Shown: positions 9,001 to 16,655 of the stretch, piece by piece
Layout: every line of letters starts with the position of its first letter
Numbering within the stretch: position 1 is the first letter of the stretch
From: Promethearchaeota archaeon
GTDB taxonomy: Archaea > Asgardarchaeota > Lokiarchaeia > Sigyniarchaeales > SOKP01
DNA length: 64,000 nt
Reading direction: 5' to 3'
Assembly: GCA_030599585.1 (NCBI GenBank)
Contig: JAUVNS010000013.1
Span: 1 to 64,000 of the forward strand
Notes under the pieces: generated by a model
The model's database searches: none
Told to the model about the DNA's origin: nothing
What the model saw: the letters and a program-made list of their open reading frames with translations, nothing else
Program-made: the position numbers and the translations under genes

Positions 9001-11056
9001 CACTTACTTGCTCTTCCCATGTCACCCACGTTCCACTTGTTGAGGGATATCGCTCGCGCAGTGTCGAATTGTTTGCTACCCAAATGAGTTGACTGGTGCG
9101 GAGGTCATATGCAACGATATCGTAGCCCACCTCCCACACGACAAATGTATCACCGATCTGCAGGCTTCTTGCCGGTTGGGTATCTTCGGTACTGATGACT
9201 ATCGGTGAGGCCATAGAGCTCACGTTCCTGAGTATGACGCGCGATATGCCCGAGTAGAATTCAATCCACGCGACCAGGTCGCCGCAGATGCGCGCTTCAC
9301 GGACCATACCCGGGTTAGAGATTATATGGGGGGTGGCGACATCGTTAAGGTCGATGAGGTGGATTTGTCCTTGGGACGAAGCAGCATCAGTAAAGGCTGT
9401 GTATACCACGAGATTACCGCTGATATCGTTGAGCTGGTTATCGGTGCTACCCGCGGCTACGCTTATGAGTGGGGGGATTATATTAACACCATCAAGACGT
9501 TGTGCATAGATGATACCAGGCTCCCACACTCCATTAAGAGGGTCAAATGACTGACTTGTGTATACGACAATACGACTGACATCATCGGCACCCAACATAG
9601 GCGTCGTCTCTATGACGTCGGGAGTATTAGTAACCTCAATCACGGTGAATGGATTAGTAGATATTTCGGGTACTGAGAGTCGTTTGTAAAATATATCCAT
9701 ATCTGATCCCGAATTATCGTAATCCGTTAAATCTTCCCACGTAATGTGCACATTTCCAGCATAGTCAACTGTAATTGTGGGATACCTAGAATAACTTGTG
9801 CTCTCGGTGGAGACTACCTCGGTCGCGGTCCACGTACTGCTAACAGCATCCCATCTCTTATAAAATATATCCAAATCCGGTCCCGAATTAGCGTAATTCG
9901 TAAAATCATACCACACCACATGCACATTTTCGGCACCGTCCACAATAATCGCGGGAGGATAGGAATTACCTGTACTCTCGGTGGAGACCACCTCGGTCGT
10001 GGTCCACGTACTGCTAGCAGCATCCCGTCGCTTATAAAATATGTCCTCATCCGTTCCCGAATTGTCGTAATTCGTTAGATCACGCCACGCCATGTGCACA
10101 TTTCCTGTATAATCCACCACAATTGTGGGAGTAAAGGAATTATCTGTGCTCTCCGTGGAGACCACCTCGGTTGTGGTCCACGTACTGCTAACAACATCCC
10201 ATCGCTTATAAAATACGTCCCAATCCGCTCCCGAATTGTCGTAATTCGTTAGGTCACGCCACGCCACATGCACATATCCGACACCTTCCACTGCAATTGT
10301 GGAAAAACCAGAATCTAATGTGCTTTCGGTTGAAACTACCTCGGTCGCGGTCCACGTACTGCTAACAACATCCCATCGCTTATAAAATATGTCCCCATCC
10401 GTTCCCGAATTGCCGTAATTCGTGGAGTCCTCCCACGCCATGTGCACATTTCCTACACCGTCCACAGTAATCGTGGGATACTGAGAATCTAATGTGCTCT
10501 CGGTGGAGACCACCTCGGTTGTGGTCCACATACTGCTAGCAACATCCCATCTCTTATAAAATATATCCATATCCGTTCCCGAATTGGCGTAATTTGTGTA
10601 ATCGTACCATGCAATATGTACATTTCCGATATCGTCCACAGCAATCGTGGGAGACCGAGAATCTAATGTACTCTCGGTGGAGACCACCTCGGTCGTGGTC
10701 CACATACTGCTAACAACATCCCATCGTTTATAAAATATATCTTGATCCACTCCTGAATTGTCGTAATTTGTGTAATCATTCCACGCTATATGTACACTTC
10801 CGGCACTGTCCACTACAATCGTGGGATAACCAGAAGTACTTATGCTCTCGGTGGAAACCACCTCTGTCATTCCAAATTCTAAAGCAGAGTTTTTTAAATC
10901 CCTTGAAAATTTATCTGAATCATCAATAATTTCATCCTCTAATATTCCTCCGCTAATATTATTACCTGCAGACAAGGAAAATAGTAGAATACTTCCAAAT
11001 ATAAATAAGAATAGCAGTAATGAACCGATTTTTTTGATGGGTTTTTTATTTTTCAT
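1..11056 (-). CDS. Giant secreted/surface protein (>3685 aa, 3' end outside window): signal peptide, three beta-propeller modules, multiple NosD/CASH parallel beta-helix modules and TSP3-like Ca-binding repeats
   Basis: ATG at 11056 (MKNKKPIKKIGSLLLFLFIFGSILLFS...). The same frame is still open at position 1 (...TIFNSDLGIVLSYVENGKL). The ORF track lists no stop-terminated piece in this frame. Motifs: TEVVSTES..VHxAWxD..DIFYKRWD, WIxQFGT (SBBP), GNTxNxNxxGIYL, DTDGDGLxDGxE. Confidence 0.9.
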   Translation of the reverse strand, partial: MKNKKPIKKIGSLLLFLFIFGSILLFSLSAGNNISGGILEDEIIDDSDKFSRDLKNSALEFGMTEVVSTESISTSGYPTIVVDSAGSVHIAWNDYTNYDNSGVDQDIFYKRWDVVSSMWTTTEVVSTESTLDSRSPTIAVDDIGNVHIAWYDYTNYANSGTDMDIFYKRWDVASSMWTTTEVVSTESTLDSQYPTITVDGVGNVHMAWEDSTNYGNSGTDGDIFYKRWDVVSSTWTATEVVSTESTLDSGFSTIAVEGVGYVHVAWRDLTNYDNSGADWDVFYKRWDVVSSTWTTTEVVSTESTDNSFTPTIVVDYTGNVHMAWRDLTNYDNSGTDEDIFYKRRDAASSTWTTTEVVSTESTGNSYPPAIIVDGAENVHVVWYDFTNYANSGPDLDIFYKRWDAVSSTWTATEVVSTESTSYSRYPTITVDYAGNVHITWEDLTDYDNSGSDMDIFYKRLSVPEISTNPFTVIEVTNTPDVIETTPMLGADDVSRIVVYTSQSFDPLNGVWEPGIIYAQRLDGVNIIPPLISVAAGSTDNQLNDISGNLVVYTAFTDAASSQGQIHLIDLNDVATPHIISNPGMVREARICGDLVAWIEFYSGISRVILRNVSSMASPIVISTEDTQPARSLQIGDTFVVWEVGYDIVAYDLRTSQLIWVANNSTLRERYPSTSGTWVTWEEQVSGTVSRICAVDVDSGDEPIVVIDDGGYNHGPTIDGDIIAYEALVYYGLNDLNYDIFAYRISTGETLAVTTRAGDQKLNCVFGNQVAYVDNGASTNDISVTTFWFDPSNLPPEMLWIRQFGTDGIDEAWVTSVDSTGVYVAGHTNGALPLQSNVGFEDAFVCKYDHNGNQLWIQQFGTTANDFILGSSIDSTGLYLTGILGSLGFVRKYNPYDGNTIWTQYFPPVAFEISVDFSGVYVVGSTIIEGNEDVFVRKFDHNGNELWNLQFGTLLNNADRGRAISVESTGVYIAGFTEGALPGQINEGGTDNFVRKYDIDTGSEIWTRQFGTPELERPIDVETDSTGVYIVGHTEGTLPGQTNAGDDDAYIRKYDHNGNEVWTHQFGTSEYDRISEVFTFASEVYVAGQTYGSLPSQTSAGSVDGFVRKYDQSGNEIWTHQFGTEAAEEAFGVAVDSTGAYVTGYTSGTLPGQTSSGGRDAFVAKLAFKNTPTGVGIKIIASPEVSLTFSEVTDVGYTQVIVNTENPGSEMPGFQFLGNYYDITTSATYTGAVTVSIAYDGTGMTFEEENALQLLHWNGTTWVDATTNIDTINNIIYGNVSSFSWFGIAHYSPLLPFVIDDDVSNGAGDYTWAEAVLESWCSGAGIGSNPYVIENLAINGGGGSGIMIRDSTAHFTIRNCTIFNSSAGIVLSTVNNGNITDNNCSNNGIGISLYSCESNRITGNIANNNTYEGIRLSYWCYRNTITGNTANNNSQYGINLHFLNTENTITGNTANNNLIGICLNEDGYLNAIINNTVNENSIGILVGGFYYTGCIYNNIAGNLISNNDDYGIYLAEWNAPYEHKNSFSRNIFLDNGVNAWDDGIINHWGNNYWDDYPGVDVNDDGIGDTPYFIPGYAGSQDNNPIWDDGDTPVSFVIDDDVSNGGGDYTWAEAALEPWCSGSGTELDPYVIENLIIDANGGNCITIRDSNVYFVIKNCMIFNSSTGIYLLNVQNGNIIENEIDISQNGIHLEGSSQNTILNNTIKSFMPEFWTYGIYLEGSSNNNISRNDITNGWDGLCLEYSSSNIISDNTVRESYYGFMVDSSFQNELINNSIIDAQAGFLVTESWSNTLSNNTALRNGFGFLLLGSFANTLTGNIANENVRGIQLDLFSQDNNITQNIASNNEKYGICLTASCNNNTITGNTVNNNLRSGIYLFSYCNDNDIIGNIADNNGHPGGGHGIYLEEYCDFNTISENTVPYNFDYGIYLISHCNNNTIVGNTAYNNHDGIYLQDYCDYNNITGNTANGNAVGISLNYNCNNNTITGNTVNNNLGSGIYLFSYCNDNDIIGNTAWNNGWYGDRHGYGIYLEYYCDFNTISGNTVNDNNDYGIFLYNCDYNTITGNTANRMDYGIFLNNYCDGNDIIGNTVNNNLWHGIYLFSYCNDNNIIGNTVYNNGHSGGGNGIYLEEYCDFNTISGNIVNSNHAGIYLISHCNNNTIVENNADSNHYGIYLTTSCNDNKIMGNDAYGNYDGIYLLDYCDNNTITGNTARDNINSGIFLHRYCNGNDIIGNTACSNDFQGIMLDYYCNGNNIIGNTANSNNFGIRLGLYCDNNTITGNIANNNFDSGIYLTSYCNDNTITGNTASNIGTSNQYIGIYLEEDCDFNNISGNIVNNNLECGIYLEDYCNDNDITGNTVNNNFNYGIYLINQCYGNYIRRNNASNIGTSNQDSGIYLEEMCDFNTISGNTVSNNEFYGIYLSTDCNYNNINGNSATNNDYGIYLQIRCNDNTITENTVNNNYDYGIRLRSGCDYNTITGNYISDNYYGISLYYKCSYNTISENTVNDNRDHGIFLVNNCIGNAIMGNTVNNNNYYGIYLSTNCDYNTINGNTANNNEQGIYLSGACDNNTITENTADNNYDYGISLTFNCDDNTITGNNASNIGTSNQDNGIYLEEMCDFNNISGNIVNNNNYYGIILDYGCDNNTLSGNTATNNDYGIHLEYYCEFNTISGNTVSNNNYYGIYLDSSDNIIYSNNMTNNLANALDSGINNQWDNGSLGNYWDDYPGMDLNDDGIGDSPYLISGSAGSQDNYPIWDDGPDFDSDGDSLFDRIEELLGTNPLVPDTDGDGLTDGDEVLNLYSDPLNYMDPVNLPFIIDGETTGVGAHNWTWAVTYKVCTGSGTYSDPYVIEGFEINAGGSVSGIEIRNSDVYFIIKNCKVYNAGSVGHEAGIKLEHVNNGLLINNIASNNERCGIYLNDVSNNTISGNTANNNFGDTYLGYGIWFYSNCYNNVISGNTLINNTRYGIYLMYGGNNIISGNMLYTNNIGIGLWRSSNNTILGNIVNNTVWFGIYLMYSGNNTISENTVNNTAKNGIYLWTSSNNTISGNIVNNNIQNGIYLWTSSNNTILGNTVNNNNNNGIYLDYSNNNTIFDNIAQYNNIGICLNYSDSNTVTDNTASDNYNYGIFLENHCNDNIIEGNTANENIIGIYLNRYCNNNDITSNTANNNYNSGIYLVLSCNDNYIVGNTASNIGTSNQDNGIYLEEDCDFNYISGSIANSNNDYGIYLISHCDYNDITGNTANENSIGIYLTYYCNNNTITDTITGNDANNNNDYGIYLEDHCDNNTITGNTANENHYGIYLASFCNYNYIMGNDASNIGTPKQNIGIYLENYCYFNILSGNTVNENAFGIRLSDYCNENTITGNTVNNNHFYGISLYSDCDDNDITGNTVNDNNYGIYLADHSSSNLITGNTANENAYGIKLMAYSNNNLIYHNNFINNYNAQAYESGANNHWYYFDLMEGNYWSDYIGQDDGSGIGKHAIAGDGIGDNNIPWYSDYYPFIDIDGWLLIDSDNDGLLDLYEETVFGTDPLLPDTDGDGLLDGAEINNYGTDPNNWDSDGDGLSDGEEVNTYGTDPLIPDTDGDGLTDGDEVLNLYSDPLNYMDPVNLPIFIDGDATGVGAHNWTWALNFKICTGLGTYSDPYVVEDFVISNPSGYGILVMHSTAYFVIRNCTIFNSDLGIVLSYVENGKL
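9680..10870 (-). repeat. Seven tandem 174-nt (58-aa) coding repeats, probable 7-bladed beta-propeller
   Basis: Anchor (c/t)acctc recurs at 10859, 10685, 10511, 10337, 10163, 9989 and 9815, exactly 174 nt apart. Confidence 0.9.
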
Positions 11057-11575
11057 TTTTTTAATTCACTCAATTTTTTGATAATCTCATTTTCTGGTCA
11101 AAAATTTTATAAAAATGGAATTTTTTTTACAAATATGTGAGCCTTAATTTTTTACTTGGATTTACATTAATGTATAATAATGGTCTTATCGTATATAAAA
11201 TTATAATTTTTTTTTTGTCAATATTGTATAGATTACTAATTACAGTTTTTGGTAAAAAAATTATTTTGATTTTTATTATGTAGTTTAGTATGGAGATGAA
11301 ACAATGCCATATTAGATAGTCAATGGGACAGACCCATATTTAAATATTTTTATATCTATTTACAAAAAAGATGTTCTTAGCTGAGGCGAGTATTAATCAT
11401 CTGCTTGTAAGAGAAGAAGATTTTTAAATTTTCAATAAAAGCTTAGATAACCTCTAATTCGTTAAGGAATAGGTATTAAAATGGAGCTAATAAAAATGAA
11501 AAAAAAGAGAAAATTGTTCTTCTTTTGTGAACTTCTTCGCCAATACTAACTCTATACATCATCTTCCGGAGTTAT

Positions 11576-14266
11576 TTATTTTTCTAATTTTATTGGAAAA
11601 AATAGTTGATTTTTGTAGGCTTCATAGACCATGAAATTAGCTTCTTGATCTGAAATATTCATTTCTCGTATGAGGGTAGAAGTGAGTTCTGCAGGATAAA
11701 ACCCATCAGATCTTGAATTAAGATCGTTTAAGAGGGTTAAAAATGCTTCTGTAGCATCGTATTTATTCATTTGTTTTATGTTAATTTGGCATTTTTTATT
11801 CAAATTCAAATCAAGTCCCGTTTCAATCGCATCCTCAAAATCGTTGAAAACTTGGATTTCACCGTCAAAGTTTTTTAAATCATTAATATGTCTAATTTCA
11901 TAAGCCCTTAAAACCTGTCCACACTGTTCTTTTACTAGATCTCCAAGACTGTTATGAGAAACTAAACCTAATCTAAGATATTCACCATCCATGAGGGTTA
12001 TTGTAAATTCATTATACTCAATAACATTATCTCTACCTCCACCTCCATCCCCAACTGGTAAACCCATTTGTTTAGCCAGTTCATCTTTAAAATTTCCCAT
12101 AGCAGATATAAAGCCAGTGAATAAATTTTCATCCAACCCAATACCGCCATGAATGGCAATTTTAGAGAGACATAAGCCTGAGTCATTATGTATGGCTAAA
12201 ATTGTAAGAATACTCGTGACATCTTGAAAGTATTGTGCTTTTGATAACTGTTCTTCGCTTAGTTTTCGTGATGTTTTTATTTTATCTTTTTTTGGCAACT
12301 TTCTCATTACAATTCCAGCAATTATAATTGCCGCTATTACAATACTACTAATAATAATGATAAAAACTATGTCGAGGGAGGATTGTTCTGGAGGGAGTTC
12401 CTTTATGAGAGTTACTTCAGCATAATTGACATTACCAACAGTATCATTTACATAGATTTTAACTAGAAAATGGCCTTCAGGTAATAAATTCCATATTGAA
12501 AAGGGCAAGTCAATTACTACATTATTACCGGGGCTCGCGATAAATCCATATTCGATATTTGAATAATTAATGGTGACCCAAAGCTTATCGAAATTAACAT
12601 CAGAAAAATTAATTATAAACTCGAACGGTAATGCCCATATTAAGCCATTTGTAGGGTAAATTATGGCAATTTCTGGAATTAAGTCATCCTTGATAACGAT
12701 GACGCTTTCGAAATCTATATTCCATGCAATATCTCGAGCATAAAAGGTAATATTTACAATACCGTCATTTAACACATCCCATGCGTCTTGGTCGATTGTA
12801 TCGTTTTCTGTAATGTAGTATTTTATACCGCCATTATTTATTGTATACCACATGGAATAGATATAAGTTTCATTGACAAATATATTAAATTCAGGAGCAG
12901 TAGCACCATACCCACTTGAGGTAGGAATATTAATTGTAATACTGGGAGGTCCGTGGTCCACAATTGGAAGATCATCTATTGAATTTGCTCCACCAGGAAT
13001 ATTAAACGGAATATCACCAATATTATCGTTATTTAAATCGAAACCGGTGTAATTATCCCAATAATTCCCAACTATTGTATTATTCCAAAAATTTGCCGTC
13101 CCGTTATCAAAAACATGAAGTCCATTTGAAATAAAGGAATTTCTATAGAATACATTATTATCGTTCAATTGAGTGTGAAGTTGAAGCCCGAAACCATTAT
13201 TATCTTTAATAATATTATCGCGAAACTCGTTGTCGTCGCAATTAGTGTACATTCTTATCCCATAATTTGTTGTATCACTTATAAAATTACCAATTATATT
13301 GCTCTCATAACAAGCGCTCATTGAAATTGCAATAGAACCACCTGAAATTGTATTGCGAATAATATCACTTTGATCGGATAATAAAAGATACACTCCATTA
13401 TTATTGATTATTTGATTATTTGATATTGAAGTGTTATCAGATGTGATCACCCTTATTCCATCATTATTAAGATCCTCAATTATATTTTGTGAGATAATAT
13501 TATGATCACTACTACTTTCAACTCTTATTCCAAAATCTTGCTGAGTTGTAATTGTATTTTTAATGGTATTATTATATACCAAGTTTTTTTTACAGTTATC
13601 ATAAAAAACTATTCCATTATCATTATTATCAATTATAATATTTTCCAGAATATCGTTATCATCGCAAAAGTCTTCAAGATATATTCCAGTATTTTGGAGA
13701 GCTGTACCATCATTTTTTATTGTATTTCCAAGGATTCTGTTGTTTATACAATTTAAAGATAAATACATTCCCTGCATACCATTATTAATTAATTGATTTC
13801 TCGAAATTGTATTATTGACACAACTAACCATGTAAAGTCCGTTATCTATGTTGTTTGATAGAACATTATTAACTAAGGTTCCCTTATTCGTATTTTCTAA
13901 CTTAATTCCATTAGTAGTATCAAAAACAGTAACATTTCTAATTGTAAAATAAACATTAACAGAATTTTCAATAAAAATACCACAACCTATTGGAGAAGCA
14001 CTTGCATTAATTATCATGTTTTCAATTAAATAGGGGTTATCCCAAGTACCTGATCCAGAACACCATTCCGTATTATTCGCAACGGTCCAATTTAAATTAG
14101 TTATATGGATAAATGTAAAGTTATTCCAAAATCCTGCGGATTTTAAATTAAATTCTCTAATTTCTAAATCCTCTTGAGCAGTTTCATGATAATTATTCAT
14201 ATTATTTTGAATAGAAATTGAAAACATTATCAGAAATAGTATTAAAAAAGCAAAAATATGTTTCAT
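11576..14266 (-). CDS. Single-pass membrane protein: NosD-type beta-helix and Ig-like ectodomain, TM helix, cytoplasmic longin-like domain
   Basis: N-terminal signal; WCSGSGTWDNPYLIEN beta-helix cap; GNYWDNY end motif; TM IVFIIIISSIVIAAIIIAGIVM followed by RKLPKK; C-terminal ILAIHNDSGLCL...LFTGFISAMGNF longin-like pattern. Confidence 0.8.
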   Translation of the reverse strand: MKHIFAFLILFLIMFSISIQNNMNNYHETAQEDLEIREFNLKSAGFWNNFTFIHITNLNWTVANNTEWCSGSGTWDNPYLIENMIINASASPIGCGIFIENSVNVYFTIRNVTVFDTTNGIKLENTNKGTLVNNVLSNNIDNGLYMVSCVNNTISRNQLINNGMQGMYLSLNCINNRILGNTIKNDGTALQNTGIYLEDFCDDNDILENIIIDNNDNGIVFYDNCKKNLVYNNTIKNTITTQQDFGIRVESSSDHNIISQNIIEDLNNDGIRVITSDNTSISNNQIINNNGVYLLLSDQSDIIRNTISGGSIAISMSACYESNIIGNFISDTTNYGIRMYTNCDDNEFRDNIIKDNNGFGLQLHTQLNDNNVFYRNSFISNGLHVFDNGTANFWNNTIVGNYWDNYTGFDLNNDNIGDIPFNIPGGANSIDDLPIVDHGPPSITINIPTSSGYGATAPEFNIFVNETYIYSMWYTINNGGIKYYITENDTIDQDAWDVLNDGIVNITFYARDIAWNIDFESVIVIKDDLIPEIAIIYPTNGLIWALPFEFIINFSDVNFDKLWVTINYSNIEYGFIASPGNNVVIDLPFSIWNLLPEGHFLVKIYVNDTVGNVNYAEVTLIKELPPEQSSLDIVFIIIISSIVIAAIIIAGIVMRKLPKKDKIKTSRKLSEEQLSKAQYFQDVTSILTILAIHNDSGLCLSKIAIHGGIGLDENLFTGFISAMGNFKDELAKQMGLPVGDGGGGRDNVIEYNEFTITLMDGEYLRLGLVSHNSLGDLVKEQCGQVLRAYEIRHINDLKNFDGEIQVFNDFEDAIETGLDLNLNKKCQINIKQMNKYDATEAFLTLLNDLNSRSDGFYPAELTSTLIREMNISDQEANFMVYEAYKNQLFFPIKLEK

Positions 14267-14455
14267 TTTTATTTTTATTATAAAAATCCCCTTTTATACC
14301 TTACGTATTATAATTTTCCTATAACAGCTGGTCTTTCATATAGTCCTACACACTAATAATTAAAGTAGGGCTATAAAAAATTATTTATTTGCCAAAAAAT
14401 GAAAAGATAAATAAAAAAAATAATTTAAAACTATAACAAAGTAGATGTTAATTAT

Positions 14456-15337
14456 ATGGTAGTTCAAAAAGTATACCATTGTAATAACGAAATATTAGAA
14501 TGGAAATGGTCTTCAGATAACGAATTAATGCCACAGCACATGTGGACTTCGACATTTCTAATTGACGGGTTGTTAATTGACGCAGGTGCTCCAGGAGGGG
14601 TAGATGATTTACGAGATTTTATCAACTCTCTTAACTCCAAGAACATGGTGGAAAAGTGTGTAATTACGCATAACCACGAAGATCATTGCGGGGGAGGGCG
14701 TATGCTTCAAAAAGAATTTAAGATTCCCGTATTTGCAAATAAATTGGCTATTTCGTTATTGAGGGAAAAAAAAAATTATCCCGATTATCGTCAAATGGTT
14801 TGGGGTGTTGATTATCGCCCTTTTGAAGCTGAAGTATTAAAAGATCCAATTAAATCTAAATCAAGTAAATATATTTTTGATATAGTAGATACACCTGGAC
14901 ACGCTCCTGAATTAATTAGTTTAGTTGAACGAAAACAACAGTGGGCATTTATCACCGACGCAGTAATGCCAAAATATAAAATGATATTTGGTAAACATAC
15001 AGATATTCCCGAAGATATCTCCCTTATATTTCAATCAATCAAAAAATTATATGATTTCACAAAAGGAATGGACAATTTGCTTCTCTTCACTTCCGGGAAA
15101 GGAGTTTTTAAAGGCAGATCGTTCTTAAAAGATAGAATGGATGAGATTAATTCATTACATTTGAATGCTCATAGATTTCAAAACGAAGCTAATCAAAAAG
15201 GACTACTGAATAAGCAACTTTTAAGATACGTCTTAAAAAAGATGTTCGAACGAGAAAATTTTGTAGGCATACTTACTCGTGGAGGATTATCTAATAAAAA
15301 TTTGATAGTATCGCTACTCGAATGGCCTATGGAGTAA
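14456..15337 (+). CDS. MBL-fold metallo-hydrolase
   Basis: THNHEDH, TPGH and TD metal-binding motifs. Confidence 0.85.
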   Translation: MVVQKVYHCNNEILEWKWSSDNELMPQHMWTSTFLIDGLLIDAGAPGGVDDLRDFINSLNSKNMVEKCVITHNHEDHCGGGRMLQKEFKIPVFANKLAISLLREKKNYPDYRQMVWGVDYRPFEAEVLKDPIKSKSSKYIFDIVDTPGHAPELISLVERKQQWAFITDAVMPKYKMIFGKHTDIPEDISLIFQSIKKLYDFTKGMDNLLLFTSGKGVFKGRSFLKDRMDEINSLHLNAHRFQNEANQKGLLNKQLLRYVLKKMFERENFVGILTRGGLSNKNLIVSLLEWPME

Positions 15338-15384
15338 AACAGAGATTAAAGAAGATTAATGATATTAACCAATCTTTCACTGTA

Positions 15385-15588
15385 CTATGATTTTTTTATC
15401 TCATCAATTGAATGGGATAATAATGTTAATCTTCCCATGATATGAGTGAAAAAATTTGACATTATGTCTTCAATTTTATTGCTTCTCATTAATATTGCTA
15501 CTGCTTCGCTGTAGGTCTTACATCCATATACTTCTTTAATCTTTTTAAGATCATCTTTTATTTTTTCATTCAAATCTATTGTTGGCAT
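15385..15588 (-). CDS. Small ribbon-helix-helix/antitoxin-like DNA-binding protein
   Basis: 67 aa; TIDLNEKIKDDLKKIK...TYSEAVAILM pattern of archaeal RHH-like proteins. Confidence 0.55.
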   Translation of the reverse strand: MPTIDLNEKIKDDLKKIKEVYGCKTYSEAVAILMRSNKIEDIMSNFFTHIMGRLTLLSHSIDEIKKS

Positions 15589-15734
15589 AATACTCTAGAA
15601 GAATGTTGTATATATAAATTTTGTCATTAGAATGTTAAATTATAATATTTTAAAAACATTTATATGCTAATGATACTATAAAAATGTGTAAATATATTTG
15701 TTAAAGCAAAATTATATCAAAAAAAAATTGAATC

Positions 15735-16616
15735 ATGTCAATTGATTGGAGTAAAGCGGAAGAAAAACTTGAAAAGAAGCAAGCAGTAGAGGGTAGAATT
15801 TTACTTGAATTAAGAGGTAAAGGTGATTATTTGAGAGAAAAGCTAGAAGAAGCAAATGAAAACCTATTTCAAAGTAAAGAAGAGTTTTATTTATTATCAA
15901 AAGATCATGAAAATTCAAAAGCTGCTAATAGAAGAGATATCAAAGAAAAAGAAGAAACAATTAATAATTTGAAAATAGAGATTGATGATGTAAAGAGAGA
16001 ATTAGAGAAACATAGTTCTAAAGTAAGTGAACTTGAATTCTTATTGAAAGAAAAAGAGCAAAAATTCTTACAAATAACAAATTCCTCAGGAAGCGAGATT
16101 TCGAAAATAACCTCTGAATTAGAAGCAGCAAGGGATAAAAGTTCAGAATTAGAAAATAATTTAAATAGGGCAATTAGTAATAGCTATGCCAAAGACGAAG
16201 AAATAGGACGGCTAACTGGCAAGGTCGAAGAATTAAGTCGATTAAATAGTATGATCGAAGAATTAGATGCTGAAAAAAATAATTTAGAAGCGCAGTTAAA
16301 GAATTTAAGTGAACAAAAAGAATCAGAAATCCAAAACTTAGAACGTGCCTTAGTCGAGAAAAATAAATTATTAGAGGAACAAGCTATGCGTTACGAAGAA
16401 GTAGAAAAAGAATTAGAAGCCTTAAAGCCTACAGAAATAGAGGAATCGGTTTATTCCCCTTCCTATGAAACACGAATTATTTGTCCTATGTGTGATGCAA
16501 GAGGAAAAAATATTAGAACAGTTGACGACAAAAAAACAGTTCTTTCATATATTGGAAATATCCCGATGTATGCTAAGAAATATGTCTGTATAAATTGTAA
16601 CTACGATTGGAAATAA
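15735..16616 (+). CDS. Coiled-coil protein with C-terminal Zn ribbon
   Basis: Long E/K/L heptad region; CPMC...CINC at the C-terminus. Confidence 0.8.
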   Translation: MSIDWSKAEEKLEKKQAVEGRILLELRGKGDYLREKLEEANENLFQSKEEFYLLSKDHENSKAANRRDIKEKEETINNLKIEIDDVKRELEKHSSKVSELEFLLKEKEQKFLQITNSSGSEISKITSELEAARDKSSELENNLNRAISNSYAKDEEIGRLTGKVEELSRLNSMIEELDAEKNNLEAQLKNLSEQKESEIQNLERALVEKNKLLEEQAMRYEEVEKELEALKPTEIEESVYSPSYETRIICPMCDARGKNIRTVDDKKTVLSYIGNIPMYAKKYVCINCNYDWK

Positions 16617-16655
16617 TTAAGAAAATACTAAAAAATCAATAATCTTTGAGTATAA

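Noticed and set aside
9680-10870. CRISPR array or non-coding tandem repeat
   Set aside because: Units are 174-nt in-frame coding repeats without unique spacers, and there are no cas genes.
316-11081. The many short ORFs listed in the track over the first 11 kb
   Set aside because: They are antisense or off-frame shadows of the giant minus-strand gene.
11057-11575. Structured RNA in the ~520-nt intergenic gap
   Set aside because: Only short 5-6 bp hairpins in AT-rich sequence; no recognisable tRNA or ncRNA features.
15385-15588. Toxin-antitoxin module
   Set aside because: No adjacent PIN, RelE or other toxin gene is recognisable.
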